From Candidatus Latescibacterota bacterium (GTDB lineage Bacteria; Latescibacterota; UBA2968): a stretch of DNA of 64,000 bases. Location: contig OZ242311.1 of assembly GCA_965207885.1 (NCBI GenBank), forward strand, positions 5,920,001-5,984,000. Reading direction: 5' to 3'. Every line of letters starts with the position of its first letter. Within the stretch, counting starts at the first letter, position 1. The position numbers were made by a program, and so were the translations under genes. Positions 1-10,184 of this stretch are shown one piece after another. Below the pieces are notes generated by a model. That model searched no databases. It saw only the letters and a list, made by a program, of their open reading frames with translations, and was not told the DNA's origin.

Positions 1-1436
1 CGTGTGGGTGTGCCTTCCGCGATGAGGTTTTCTGCTTGCAGAAATCGCGTTTCTGCCAGGGCATCATCGGCGTGTTTTTGATTGAGGCGCGTCCGAGCTT
101 CAACGGCATAAGGTGTGTTGGGGTGTTGGTCGAGGAGCAGTTGGAAGTGTTCTCGCGCTGCGGTTTCATTTTTCAGGCTGTCGGCATAAATAAGTCCAAT
201 GGCATAACGCACTTTGGGTGCCAGATCAGTCGTGTCGGTCAGGCTCAATACACGCTGATAAATACTCAAGGCTGAATCGGGTTCGCCGAGATTAAAGAGG
301 TATAGTTCAGCGAGATCAAAAAGCGGTCCCAGTGCTTTTTGCGGGTCTTCGACTTTCTCGGCTTGTTTGGTATAGCGTTCGAGTGCTACGAGGTCTTTTT
401 GCCGTTGTAAAGCCAGTTTGCCCTCGTCTGAACTTCGGTCTTCTCGAACGGCTTTTTCGAATAGTTCTTTGGCTTTTTCCAGATTTCTACGCGATTTTTG
501 TTCGATGAGGCCCAGGCGATAAAAAGCTGCTGCGCTGTATTCACTGCGGGGGTATTTTTTCCCGATGTCGCTGTAGATTTCTTCCGCAGTTTCAACCTGA
601 TCTTTTAGCTGGTATATACGCGCCTGTTCGAGGCGGATTTCGGCTTCGTAAATGCGAAGCCGTTTGATTTTTAATATTTTTTGGTACGCGTCCAGCGCCT
701 CGTCGTATTTCTGCTGGCGCTTGAGGGTTTCGCCAATTTTGACGCGGGTTTCAAAATTTGTCCTGGTATCGGGTTTTGATTTTAGCACGTTTTCGTAGGC
801 TTCAAGTGCTTCGTCGTATCGGTTCAATTCGAGGAGGTTATTGCCCACGCCTTGCCAGGCGCGCGCGCGCAATTTGTGCTTTTTGTCGAGTGTTTCGAGC
901 AGTGCTTTATAGGATATGATCGCTTCTTCTTTGTTGCCCTGTGAGGCTTTCATTTCCGCGAGTGCCAGATTTGCCAGGCCGTACAATTCGGGATTGATTT
1001 TTTTGTCGAAGAGAGAAAATGTAGTCCGCGCTTCATTGGTGCGGTTCATTGCCCAGAGCGCGCGGCCCTGCCAGTAGCGCGTTTCGGGGATTAGTTCGCT
1101 TTCTGGGAAGAGTTTTTGCAGTTCTTGGAATTTGGTGAGTGCTTCGGTGTAATCTTCGCGCCAATAAGACGCTTTGCCGATGAGCAACAAGCTGTCGTCG
1201 AACCATTTGCTATCGGGAAAGTATTTGAGCACGATGGACGCTTTGAGTATGGCCCGCTGGTAGAGCGCGTTATAAGTCGCAGATGTTATTCGGCTGCCAG
1301 GGGTTTGGGATTCGACGCGTTTTTGCTCGGCTATACTGTACTGTTGTTTGGCGTTGTAAAAGGTGTTGTAATACACGCTTTTGCAGGATGCCAGACAGAG
1401 GAAGCAGAGGGATGTGATGTAGATGAGACGAGACAT
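1..1436 (-). CDS. TPR-repeat lipoprotein, SprE/PorW-like (3' end runs off the window)
   Basis: Not in the ORF track; translated by hand from ATG at 1436: MSRLIYITSLCFLCLASC (lipobox) KSVYYNTFYNAKQQY...YFPDSKWFDDSLLLIGKASY, followed by many TPR-like helices. Frame is open to the window edge. Confidence 0.75.
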   Translation of the reverse strand, partial: MSRLIYITSLCFLCLASCKSVYYNTFYNAKQQYSIAEQKRVESQTPGSRITSATYNALYQRAILKASIVLKYFPDSKWFDDSLLLIGKASYWREDYTEALTKFQELQKLFPESELIPETRYWQGRALWAMNRTNEARTTFSLFDKKINPELYGLANLALAEMKASQGNKEEAIISYKALLETLDKKHKLRARAWQGVGNNLLELNRYDEALEAYENVLKSKPDTRTNFETRVKIGETLKRQQKYDEALDAYQKILKIKRLRIYEAEIRLEQARIYQLKDQVETAEEIYSDIGKKYPRSEYSAAAFYRLGLIEQKSRRNLEKAKELFEKAVREDRSSDEGKLALQRQKDLVALERYTKQAEKVEDPQKALGPLFDLAELYLFNLGEPDSALSIYQRVLSLTDTTDLAPKVRYAIGLIYADSLKNETAAREHFQLLLDQHPNTPYAVEARTRLNQKHADDALAETRFLQAENLIAEGTPT

Positions 1437-1441
1437 GGGAT

Positions 1442-3253
1442 TTAAGAAGTGTGAAAGTCCTGGAGTGAACGGATGCGAATTGTGCTGTTGTTTTTGAGTG
1501 ATTGGATGCCGGCTACAGCGGCGGCGGCTCCCGATAAGGTGGTTGTGTAGGGCAGGCCGTATTGAACGGCGGCTTTGCGGATTTCGGGGTCGGCGGCCTG
1601 GGATTGTTCTCCTGCGGGCGTGTTGATCATGAGAGATATTTCGCCGTTTTTGATGGCGTCGAGGATGTTTGGGCGCCCTTCCTGAATTTTGAAGATCCGA
1701 TTACAGGCGATGTTGTGACTTTTTAGAAATGCGCAGGTTCCCCCTGTGGCAATGAGGCGAAAGTCCAGGTCGGATAGTTGTTGGGCAATCGGTACAAGCC
1801 CTTCTTTGTCGCGGTCGTTGACGCTTAAAAATACGGTTCCCTCCTGGGGCAAGCGCACGCCTGCGCCGAGTTGTGCTTTTTGGAAGCTGAGGCCAAAGTC
1901 GGTGTCTATGCCCATGACTTCGCCGGTGGATTTCATTTCGGGACCGAGGACGGTGTCAACGCCGGGAAATTTGTTAAAGGGCAAGACGGCTTCTTTGACG
2001 GCGATGTGGTTGATGGGTACTTCCCGGGTAAAGCCCTGTTCTACAAGTGTGCGCCCGACCATTGCGCGGACAGCGACTTTGGCAAGGGGCACGCCAATGG
2101 CTTTGCTGACAAAGGGCACTGTGCGCGATGCTCTGGGGTTGACTTCTATAATAAATACGTCTTCGCCTTGAATGGCAAACTGAATGTTCATGAGGCCAAC
2201 GACATTGAGTGCTCTGGCCAGGGCGTGGGTGTGATTTCGCAGTTCATTGAGGTTGGTGTTGGAGATCTGATAAGGGGGCAAGACGCAGGCGCTATCGCCA
2301 GAGTGTACGCCCGCACTTTCGATGTGTTGCATGATGCCGCCGATGACGACTGCTGTTGGATCAGCTACGGCATCGACGTCAAATTCGTGTGCGTCTTCTA
2401 AAAATCGGTCGATGAGGATGGGGCGCTCGGGAGAGGCTTCTATGGCGTTGCGCATATAGGCGATGAGGGCTTCGCGGTCATATACAATTGCCATTGCGCG
2501 GCCCCCGAGTACGTAAGAGGGACGCACGAGGACCGGATATCCGATTTGTTCGGCTATGGCGATTGCTTCGTCGGTGCTTATTGCGGTGCCGTTTTCGGGT
2601 TGTCGTATGCCCAGTTCTTTGATGAGTGCGCCAAAGCGCTTGCGGTCTTCGGCCAGGTCAATGGCGTCGGGCGATGTGCCGGCGATGTTGAGGCCCCCGC
2701 GTTCGAGGTCGCGCGCGAGGTTGAGCGGTGTTTGTCCGCCGAATTGAACGATGACGCCGTCGGGTTGTTCAACATCGGCAATGCTGAGTACGTCTTCGGC
2801 AGTGAGCGGTTCAAAGTAGAGTTTGTCGGATGTGTCGTAGTCGGTGGAGACGGTTTCGGGGTTGGAGTTGACCATGATGGTCTCAAATCCGTCTTCTTTG
2901 AGGGCATAAGAGGCGTGGCAACAACAATAGTCGAATTCGATGCCCTGTCCAATGCGATTGGGACCGCCGCCCAGGATCATGATTTTTTGTCGATCGGATC
3001 GGATGGCTTCGTTGTCTGTCTCATAGGTTGAGTAGTGATACGGTGTATAGGCTTCAAATTCGGCGGCGCACGTATCTACGGTTTTGAATACGGGCGCGAC
3101 GCCGAGTTCTTTTCGCAAGGCGCGAACAGCCCATTCGTCACTTTGCCACAGGTGTGCCAGTTGGCGGTCGGAAAAGCCGTGTTGTTTGGCTTTGAGCAGG
3201 TCTGCGCGAGAGATACGCGATTTTAAGTCGTTGAGTGTGTGCTGTTTTGTCAT
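1442..3253 (-). CDS. carB: Carbamoyl-phosphate synthase large subunit, C-terminal part (end of oligomerisation domain, second ATP-grasp, MGS domain)
   Basis: KTVDTCAAEF, GGGPNRIGQGIEFDYCC, RPSYVLGGRAM, EVNPRASRTVPFVSKA, LGPEMKSTGEVMG. Confidence 0.95.
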   Translation of the reverse strand: MTKQHTLNDLKSRISRADLLKAKQHGFSDRQLAHLWQSDEWAVRALRKELGVAPVFKTVDTCAAEFEAYTPYHYSTYETDNEAIRSDRQKIMILGGGPNRIGQGIEFDYCCCHASYALKEDGFETIMVNSNPETVSTDYDTSDKLYFEPLTAEDVLSIADVEQPDGVIVQFGGQTPLNLARDLERGGLNIAGTSPDAIDLAEDRKRFGALIKELGIRQPENGTAISTDEAIAIAEQIGYPVLVRPSYVLGGRAMAIVYDREALIAYMRNAIEASPERPILIDRFLEDAHEFDVDAVADPTAVVIGGIMQHIESAGVHSGDSACVLPPYQISNTNLNELRNHTHALARALNVVGLMNIQFAIQGEDVFIIEVNPRASRTVPFVSKAIGVPLAKVAVRAMVGRTLVEQGFTREVPINHIAVKEAVLPFNKFPGVDTVLGPEMKSTGEVMGIDTDFGLSFQKAQLGAGVRLPQEGTVFLSVNDRDKEGLVPIAQQLSDLDFRLIATGGTCAFLKSHNIACNRIFKIQEGRPNILDAIKNGEISLMINTPAGEQSQAADPEIRKAAVQYGLPYTTTLSGAAAAVAGIQSLKNNSTIRIRSLQDFHTS

Positions 3254-3255
3254 GG

Positions 3256-4704
3256 TTAGTCCATCAGGGCGGCGAGTTCTTTTTCTACTTCGACGAGTTG
3301 TCGCATGTTGTCGAGAAACCAGGGGTCAATTTTGGTTGCGTCAAAAATTTCCTGTACGGATAGTCCCGCGTCATAAGCCGTTTTGAGATAGGCCAATCGC
3401 TGCGAGTTGGGTTCGCGCAGGCCGCGTTCGAGGGCTTCGCGCGAGAGGGTGTTGGGATGGATGTCTTTGCCGTCGGCACCAAATCCCGCACGCCCGATTT
3501 CGAGAGAGCGCAAGCCTTTTTGTAGTGCTTCTTTAAACGTGCGACCTATGGCCATGGTTTCACCTACAGATTTCATTTGTGTGCCCAACAGATCAGCAGT
3601 TTGGGGAAATTTTTCAAATGTCCAGCGCGGGATTTTGATGACGCAATAGTCGATGGTGGGTTCAAATGAGGCGGGTGTTTCGCGCGTGATGTCGTTTTGT
3701 ATTTCGTCAAGGGTGTATCCAATGGCGAGTTTGGCGGCTATTTTGGCGATGGGGAAGCCCGTGGCTTTTGAGGCGAGCGCAGAGCTTCGGGAGACGCGGG
3801 GGTTCATTTCTATGACGACGCGCCGGCCCGTGTTGGGATCCACTGCAAATTGGATGTTGGAGCCGCCGGTTTCCACGCCGATTTCGCGGATGCATGCGAT
3901 GGCGTCGTCGCGCATTTCCTGATATTCTTTGTCGGTGAGGGTTTGTGCGGGTGCCACGGTGATGGAGTCGCCCGTGTGTACGCCCATGGGGTCGAAGTTT
4001 TCTATGGAGCAGATGATGACGACGTTGTCGTTTTGATCGCGCATGACTTCGAGTTCGAATTCTTTCCAGCCGATGATGGATTCTTCTACGAGGATCTCAG
4101 AGGTGGGCGATAGGCTTAGTCCGTGTGCAGCAGCGTGTCTGAATTCTTCGATGTTATACGCGGTGCCAGCGCCTGTGCCGCCCAGGGTGTAGGATGGGCG
4201 GATGATGGCGGGAAATCCGATTTCAGTCGTGATGTCGAGTGCTTCTTTGAGGGTGTAGGCAAATCGGCCTTTGGGAAAGTCGAGGCCGATTTTATTCATG
4301 GCCTTTTGAAAGGCTTCGCGGTTTTCCGCTTTTTCTATGGCGTGTGGTTTTGCGCCGATCATTTCGACGTCGAATTTTTCGAGTGTCCCCTGTTCGTGCA
4401 GGGCCATGGCGGTGTTGAGGCCCGTTTGTCCGCCCAGGGTTGGGAGGAGGGCATCCGGGTGTTCTTTTTCGATGATTGCCGCGCATACTTCGGGTGTGAC
4501 GGGTTCGACATAAGTCTGGTCAGCCATTTCGGGGTCGGTCATGATGGTGGCGGGGTTGCTGTTGACCAGTACGACTTCGTATCCCTCTTCTTTGAGGGCT
4601 TTGCAGGCTTGCGTGCCCGAGTAGTCAAATTCACAGGCTTGTCCGATGACGATGGGACCAGAGCCGATGAGCATTATTTTTTTGAGGTCGGTTCGCTTGG
4701 GCAT
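3256..4704 (-). CDS. carB: Carbamoyl-phosphate synthase large subunit, N-terminal part
   Basis: [58 protein letters not shown]. Confidence 0.95.
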   Translation of the reverse strand: MPKRTDLKKIMLIGSGPIVIGQACEFDYSGTQACKALKEEGYEVVLVNSNPATIMTDPEMADQTYVEPVTPEVCAAIIEKEHPDALLPTLGGQTGLNTAMALHEQGTLEKFDVEMIGAKPHAIEKAENREAFQKAMNKIGLDFPKGRFAYTLKEALDITTEIGFPAIIRPSYTLGGTGAGTAYNIEEFRHAAAHGLSLSPTSEILVEESIIGWKEFELEVMRDQNDNVVIICSIENFDPMGVHTGDSITVAPAQTLTDKEYQEMRDDAIACIREIGVETGGSNIQFAVDPNTGRRVVIEMNPRVSRSSALASKATGFPIAKIAAKLAIGYTLDEIQNDITRETPASFEPTIDYCVIKIPRWTFEKFPQTADLLGTQMKSVGETMAIGRTFKEALQKGLRSLEIGRAGFGADGKDIHPNTLSREALERGLREPNSQRLAYLKTAYDAGLSVQEIFDATKIDPWFLDNMRQLVEVEKELAALMD

Positions 4705-4722
4705 TGGGTATAGGGTCCAAAA

Positions 4723-6342
4723 TCAGGTGGTGAGGTTCAGGTCAAAGTAGTCGGTGCTGTTGCGTATCTGGTGAATGGCTGCGGCAAAATTTTCGATGAT
4801 GTCACTGGCGATGAGGCTTATGTGTCCTGTTTTTTTCGCTGCGATATCAGCGGCGAGGCCGTGGAGATAGACGGCTGTGCATGCGGCGTCTGAGGGGGTG
4901 AGTCCCTGACCGATGAGTGCGGCCAATAGGCCCGTTAGTACGTCTCCTGTTCCGCCGGTGGCCATTCCCGGGTTGCCGGTTGGGTTGATGTGCGTTTCGC
5001 CTTCTGGCGTTGCGACGATGGTTGGCGCGCCTTTCAGGACTGTGGTGGCTCCGATGTCGGAGGCGAATTCCAGAGCGCGTGCTATGGGGTCGCGCTGTAT
5101 TTCGGCGATGCTGTATCCGGTCAGGCGCGCAAATTCCCCGATGTGCGGGGTGAGTACCAGGGGTGTTTCACAGGCGCGGATCGCATCGAGGTCTCCGGCG
5201 AGGGCGTTGAGGGCGTCGGCGTCAATGACTGCGGGACAAACGCAGTCGCGCACGAGGCGGCGGATGAGTTCGACGGTTTCTCGATGGGTGCCCAGGCCCG
5301 GTCCAATGGCTATGCTGTCGGCTGTGCGACAGGCGCGTTGTATTTCGCCCCGGGCACGCAGGGATAAGCATCTGACTTTTTTTATTTCGGGTAGTGGGTG
5401 GGTCATTGCTTCGGTGACTTTGGTTTCGAGTATGTCGTTGAGGCTTTTGGGTACGCCGAGTGTGACGAGGCCCGCGCCTCCTTTGAGTGCTGCGTTTGCC
5501 GAGAGTGCCGCCGCGCCTGTGAGTCCCACAGATCCGGCGAGGATATATACTCTGCCGCAGTTTCCTTTGTGGGCGTTGGGTTCCCGTTGGGGGAGCAGGC
5601 GAGCGCAGCGGCGGTTGTCTATCAGGTAGGTGCTGATGCGTTCGGACTCAATTGCCGAACGTGGTATCCCGATGTCGATGAGGTGCAGTTTGCCGCATTG
5701 GGCGCGTCCGGGGTAGAAGAAGTGTCCAATGCGGGGCAGTGCAAATGTGACTGTGCAGTTTGCGGTTGCACAGGGTCCTTCGATTTTGCCTGTGTCGGCG
5801 TTGAGTCCAGAGGGTATATCTACGGCGACTATGGGGCATTGGGCGCGGGTGAGTGCGTCTATGAGTTCGGCGTATATGCCGCGGGGAGGTCCTTGAATGC
5901 CTGTGCCCAGGAGGGCGTCAACGGCGATGTCGGCATTGTTTAGTGCGTTTTGTACTGTTGCGATGCGATCAACCGGCTGCACGATGTCCGGGGGCAGTCG
6001 GTCGAGGTTGGTTTTTGCATCGCCTGTTATTTCCCGGGCGGATGTGGCTGTGAATACCTGGACTTTTGCACCGCTTTGGGCAGCTTGCCTGGCGATGACA
6101 AAGCCGTCGCCGCCGTTGTTGCCTTTGCCACAGAGGATGACGATGTGCCGGTTTTGGAGTTCGCCCAACAGGTTTTCTACTGCCCGGGTTACACCTTGCC
6201 CGGCGGCTTCCATGAGTTCTATGCCCGGCATACCACTGTCAATTGCCCGATGGTCAATAGATGCCATCTGGGAGCCGGTGATAAGCTCAATCATAGGGGA
6301 GGGTGCGAGGTCGTGCGCGCGGTGTGAGATTTTCTGGGTCAT
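4723..6342 (-). CDS. nnr: Bifunctional NAD(P)H-hydrate epimerase/dehydratase (YjeF); alternative start at 6294
   Basis: LMEAAG, CGKGNNGGDG, VDALLGTG, AVDIPSG; HKG..G, IGPGLG, IDADALN, LTPHIGEF, MATGGTGDVLTG. Confidence 0.95.
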   Translation of the reverse strand: MTQKISHRAHDLAPSPMIELITGSQMASIDHRAIDSGMPGIELMEAAGQGVTRAVENLLGELQNRHIVILCGKGNNGGDGFVIARQAAQSGAKVQVFTATSAREITGDAKTNLDRLPPDIVQPVDRIATVQNALNNADIAVDALLGTGIQGPPRGIYAELIDALTRAQCPIVAVDIPSGLNADTGKIEGPCATANCTVTFALPRIGHFFYPGRAQCGKLHLIDIGIPRSAIESERISTYLIDNRRCARLLPQREPNAHKGNCGRVYILAGSVGLTGAAALSANAALKGGAGLVTLGVPKSLNDILETKVTEAMTHPLPEIKKVRCLSLRARGEIQRACRTADSIAIGPGLGTHRETVELIRRLVRDCVCPAVIDADALNALAGDLDAIRACETPLVLTPHIGEFARLTGYSIAEIQRDPIARALEFASDIGATTVLKGAPTIVATPEGETHINPTGNPGMATGGTGDVLTGLLAALIGQGLTPSDAACTAVYLHGLAADIAAKKTGHISLIASDIIENFAAAIHQIRNSTDYFDLNLTT

Positions 6343-6360
6343 GTTACAAGTTTGTGCCTA

Positions 6361-6389
6361 AAAATACAGGAAGGACACGGGCAATGCAA
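6361..6389 (-). promoter_or_regulatory. Putative sigma70 promoter for nnr-carB
   Basis: TTGCAT-17 nt-TATTTT on the minus strand. Confidence 0.45.
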
Positions 6390-6494
6390 ACCCTTTTTTG
6401 GCGGATGTAAGCATCGGGGCTTATTGGGTATGTGATTGCTAAATAGAAGAAAAACAAAGTTTAAGTGTGGTTTCGCCGAGTTGATACAAACCGC

Positions 6495-6523
6495 TTGACA
6501 CAGATGGGGGGCTTGTCTATACT
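6495..6523 (+). promoter_or_regulatory. Sigma70 promoter of tRNA-Ser
   Basis: TTGACA-17 nt-TATACT, 13 nt upstream of the tRNA. Confidence 0.8.
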
Positions 6524-6536
6524 TTTCAGATGGTGT

Positions 6537-6624
6537 GGTGGGGTGCGAGAGCGGTCGAATCGGGCGGTCTTGAAAACCGTTGACCCTCGCGGGTCCGTGG
6601 GTTCGAATCCCACCCCCACCGCCA
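6537..6624 (+). tRNA. tRNA-Ser(TGA)
   Basis: Acceptor GGTGGGG/CCCCACC, anticodon arm GCGGT-CT TGA AA-ACCGT, long variable arm, GTTCGAATC, G73, encoded CCA. Confidence 0.95.
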
Positions 6625-6680
6625 TTTAAAGTGTGAAGGGGGAAGTGTGAAGGGGGAAGGGAAATCCTTTTCTCGACCTC

Positions 6681-6713
6681 GTCATCGCGGCATGGTGTTG
6701 AGCCGCGATCCAG
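6681..6713 (+). repeat. 33-bp palindromic intergenic element, copy 1
   Basis: GTCATCGCGGCATGGTGTTGAGCCGCGATCCAG; six copies in the window. Confidence 0.9.
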
Positions 6714-6774
6714 CTTTATTTACCTTGCCTTTACACACGTCCTTTGTTACTTTTGGCTGTTCGTTTTTGTTCGC

Positions 6775-6867
<93 letters not shown>

Positions 6868-6889
6868 ATAATTGATAGGTCGATTTTCG

Positions 6890-8311
6890 ATGTCGGATAC
6901 GGTTTTGCGTTTTGCGCCGTCTCCCACTGGTGGGTTTCACGTGGGCAATGCGCGAACGGCGATTTTTAATCATCTTTACGCGAAGCACTACCAGGCAAAG
7001 TTGTTGTTGCGCGTGGAAGATACAGATCGTGAGCGTTTTACGGAGTCGTCTCTTCAGACGATTCTGGACGGTTTGAACTGGCTCGGTGTTGATTTTGACG
7101 CCGAGCCAGTGTTTCAGTCGGATAATGTCGAGGCGCATAAGCAAGCCGCCGAGCGTCTGGTGGAGACGGGGCATGCGTATTACGGCTATGAGACTGCGGA
7201 GGAGCTTGACGCGATGCGCCGGCAGGCGCAGGTCGAGAAGCGGCGCGTGCGCTACGATCGGGATTTGACGCCGGAACAGCAGGCGGCTTTTGAGGCTGAG
7301 GGCCGGCCACGGGTTGTGCGGTTTAAGGTGCCAGCGGGTGAGACGGTCTGGCACGATCGCATTCGGGGTGTGCAGCGGTGGGATAATGCCGAGGTTGAGG
7401 ACTTTGTTTTGTTGCGGCCCGATGGGTCCCCTGTATATAATCTCGCGGTGGTGGTGGATGATCACGATATGGGTGTGAATATGGTGTTGCGGTCTGCGGA
7501 TCATTTGTCGAATACACCGAAGCAGATTATGCTGTTTGAGGCGTTGTCGTGGATGGTGCCGGAGTATGGGCATTCGACGCTGATTTTGGGTCCCGATGGC
7601 AGTAAGTTGTCCAAGCGCCACGGTGCGACGACGATTTCGGAGTATCAGGAGCGGGGTTTTTTGCCGGATGCGATGTTCAATTATCTCGCGCTGTTGGGAT
7701 GGGCACCCGGGGATGAGCGCGAGGTGTTTGCGCGAGATGAGTTGACCGGGGCGTTTTCAGTTGAGGGGTTGCTCAAGCGAGATGCGATTTTTGATGAGAA
7801 GAAACTGGTCTGGCTCAATGGCGAGCATATGCGTCTTCGTCCGGTGGATGAGGTTCTGGATGATGCGATACCGGTTTGGGTTGCGGAGGGATGGCTTACA
7901 GAGGCAGAGGCTTCTGTGCGGCGGGATGAGTTGATGAGGATTGCGGCGTTGTTGCAGCCGCGGTTGCATACGCTTCAGGATTTGAAGCATACGGGTTATT
8001 TTTTTGTGGATCCGGAAGGGTATGATGCAAAGACGGCTAAGAAGAATTGGAAGACGGATACGCCCGAGCGTGTTGAGTTGATGATTGAGCGTTTGGAGGA
8101 TTTGGATTCGTTCGATGAGGGCGATATCGAGGGTGTGACGCGCACACTATCTGGTGAATTGGGAATTTCGGCTTCCAGGCTGATTCATCCGACGCGTCTT
8201 GCGCTTTGCGGCGTTGGGTTTGGGCCGGGGTTGTTTGAACTGATGGCTGTGCTCGGGCGGGAGACCTGTGTTCGCCGGCTGAAAAAGGCTCTGGAGGTTT
8301 TGGGGTCGTGA
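6890..8311 (+). CDS. gltX: Glutamate--tRNA ligase
   Basis: RFAPSPTG, HVGN (HIGH motif), LRVEDTD, KLSKR (KMSKS motif); ATG at 6890. Confidence 0.96.
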   Translation: MSDTVLRFAPSPTGGFHVGNARTAIFNHLYAKHYQAKLLLRVEDTDRERFTESSLQTILDGLNWLGVDFDAEPVFQSDNVEAHKQAAERLVETGHAYYGYETAEELDAMRRQAQVEKRRVRYDRDLTPEQQAAFEAEGRPRVVRFKVPAGETVWHDRIRGVQRWDNAEVEDFVLLRPDGSPVYNLAVVVDDHDMGVNMVLRSADHLSNTPKQIMLFEALSWMVPEYGHSTLILGPDGSKLSKRHGATTISEYQERGFLPDAMFNYLALLGWAPGDEREVFARDELTGAFSVEGLLKRDAIFDEKKLVWLNGEHMRLRPVDEVLDDAIPVWVAEGWLTEAEASVRRDELMRIAALLQPRLHTLQDLKHTGYFFVDPEGYDAKTAKKNWKTDTPERVELMIERLEDLDSFDEGDIEGVTRTLSGELGISASRLIHPTRLALCGVGFGPGLFELMAVLGRETCVRRLKKALEVLGS

Positions 8312-8348
8312 TGGGGAGCGTCATCCTGAATCGCTGATTATATATTTT

Positions 8349-8422
8349 TGCCCCCTCGTCTAATGGCAAGACATGCGGCTCTGGACCGTAGAATCGGGGT
8401 TCGAATCCCTGGGGGGCAACCA
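8349..8422 (+). tRNA. tRNA-Gln(CTG)
   Basis: TGCCCCC/GGGGGCA acceptor (U1-A72), TGCGG-CT CTG GA-CCGTA anticodon arm, GTTCGAATC, CCA. Confidence 0.95.
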
Positions 8423-8438
8423 ATTTTTTTAATAATAG

Positions 8439-8473
8439 AATGCCCCAGCATCGTTGTGCTGGGGCATATTTTT
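8439..8473 (+). terminator. Rho-independent terminator
   Basis: ATGCCCCAGCA-loop-TGCTGGGGCAT followed by a T-rich tract. Confidence 0.75.
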
Positions 8474-8501
8474 GTCGTTCGATTCAAACTATATCAGGTG
8501 G

Positions 8502-9335
8502 TTATTCCGCTTCCAGAACTTCCGGATCCAGTTGATACCAGAACACCTCGCCAGAGTCAATGAGACCATGTATCCGATCATCTCGGTGCAGGCCAGCAAC
8601 AGCAGGATAGGACCGATCACCCGTGAACCTGGTCAGGAACGCAGCGTTGCGGCGTGCGCGCGTGGTATCTCGACCATTAACGGTGAAGGAGATTTCTACG
8701 GCGATATAGCACGTTGCGCCTTTCTGGTCTGTAGCCTCTATAACCAGGTCGGCACGTCGGAAGCTTCTCAACTCGTTTGTGGGAATGCCCGATGTGTCAG
8801 CGCGGGCAAGCAGTGTCCCGAGATCATCCTGGGTGAGGGTCTTTGTCCGTTGAAAACCCATGTCCTCGGCAATGATGGATGCCTCGCGGATAGCGGCATC
8901 TCGAGCGTGGGATCCTTTGAGCGGACCGAGATCATCTTGAATGGACTTCACCCTGATTTTGAGTACGCCGACATCTTCTTTGAGTATGACGGAATCCTCC
9001 TTAAGTGTGCCGACATCCTCTTTGAGTGTGCTAACATCCTCTTTGAGTGTGCTAACATCCTCTTTGAGTGTGCTAACATCCTCTTTGAGTGTGCTAACAT
9101 CCTCCTGGATAGACGTCACTCTGTTTTCAAGTGCGTCAAAGCGCCGGTTCGTGGCTTCAACGAATCTGTTCATCTCTGCGACAAAGCTGTTCATCTCTGC
9201 GACAAACTCGGTGAACTTTTCGGGCAGTTCAATAAGTTCCCGCGTCAGCAGCCGGGCACGCAGGGCATCCGCCCATTCAGGGTTGTCGTCCAGGATGCGA
9301 ATGAGGTCTTCTATTGTATGAACCGTGGTGTTCAC
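8502..9335 (-). CDS. Coiled-coil heptad-repeat protein with C-terminal PD-(D/E)XK-like domain
   Basis: N-terminal ...PEWADALRARLL, (KEDVSTL)n heptads, ADLVIEA...YIAVEISF...RDTTRARRNA. Confidence 0.7.
   Translation of the reverse strand: MNTTVHTIEDLIRILDDNPEWADALRARLLTRELIELPEKFTEFVAEMNSFVAEMNRFVEATNRRFDALENRVTSIQEDVSTLKEDVSTLKEDVSTLKEDVSTLKEDVGTLKEDSVILKEDVGVLKIRVKSIQDDLGPLKGSHARDAAIREASIIAEDMGFQRTKTLTQDDLGTLLARADTSGIPTNELRSFRRADLVIEATDQKGATCYIAVEISFTVNGRDTTRARRNAAFLTRFTGDRSYPAVAGLHRDDRIHGLIDSGEVFWYQLDPEVLEAE
8970..9104. repeat. 21-bp coding tandem repeat, about 6 units
   Basis: ACATCCTCTTTGAGTGTGCTA repeated, with degenerate flanking units. Confidence 0.9.
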
Positions 9336-9817
9336 AGATTTTCCTCAATAGCCATTTTATCCATCGTCCAATCAGCGGGACAGGGCAATAACTTGACTGA
9401 ATCAAATCAATATACGGAAATTGTGTACCTGGGGCAATATAGCGTCTGTAAATTTTTTCTGATATTATCTCAATAGATAATGTGGGCGTTGTTGCAAAAA
9501 AATGAGGGGACGGCAGGGAGGGATACCATTTACCTTGCCGCCCCCGAAGACCGGGCTTGAGTGAAGGGATATCTCGGCCCGGTCGTTGTGTTCATGGGGA
9601 TTCGTATTAACGCTGATCGAACACTTAGACGGGCTACAAACGTTTTTGGTGTCAAATTTGGAGGGAAAAAATGGATCCCGGTACAAAAATATGGAGCGGT
9701 TCAAAAAAGCCGAGTATTTGTGGGGAATTTCTACTAAATTATGATGCTAATAATTCTCGTGTTATATTTTGCATGAATGATTCCTTTTCTTATTCACACT
9801 TCTCCTGGAGATTTTCT

Positions 9818-10159
9818 ATGATTTACGATATGCGTACCTACGACCTGAATCCCGGTGCTTTGCAAGCCTATATGGATGCGGTGCGCGAGGTGGCACTTCC
9901 TCTGCGTGAAGACTACGGCGTCAAGCTTGCCGGGTGGTATTATACCGATATTGGAAAATTAAATCGCGTTGTTCATATTTGGGCGTATCGCGATTATACC
10001 CATTTTGATCAGGCGCGGCAGGCTGTCCGCAGCGATCCTCGATGGGTCAATGACTATCTGCCTCGCGTCAAAGGGCTTGTGGTGCGCCAGCAAGATCAAA
10101 TTATGCTCGCGTCCGATTTTTTTGAGTCCCGGGTGCCGGCTCTGTCGGAAGATGCATGA
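9818..10159 (+). CDS. NIPSNAP family protein
   Basis: MIYDMRTYDLNPG, GWYYTDIGKLNRVVHIWAY, R......DPRW; GGAG RBS upstream. Confidence 0.9.
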   Translation: MIYDMRTYDLNPGALQAYMDAVREVALPLREDYGVKLAGWYYTDIGKLNRVVHIWAYRDYTHFDQARQAVRSDPRWVNDYLPRVKGLVVRQQDQIMLASDFFESRVPALSEDA

Positions 10160-10184
10160 GCGGGTTGTTGCGTTTAAAAATAAA

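Noticed and set aside
8970-9104. Possible CRISPR array
   Set aside because: Contiguous 21-bp in-frame coding repeats with no spacers and no cas genes
8454-9476. 340-aa plus-strand ORF with (ILFECAN)n
   Set aside because: Antisense shadow of the heptad-repeat gene; the minus-strand ORF has an RBS and recognisable motifs
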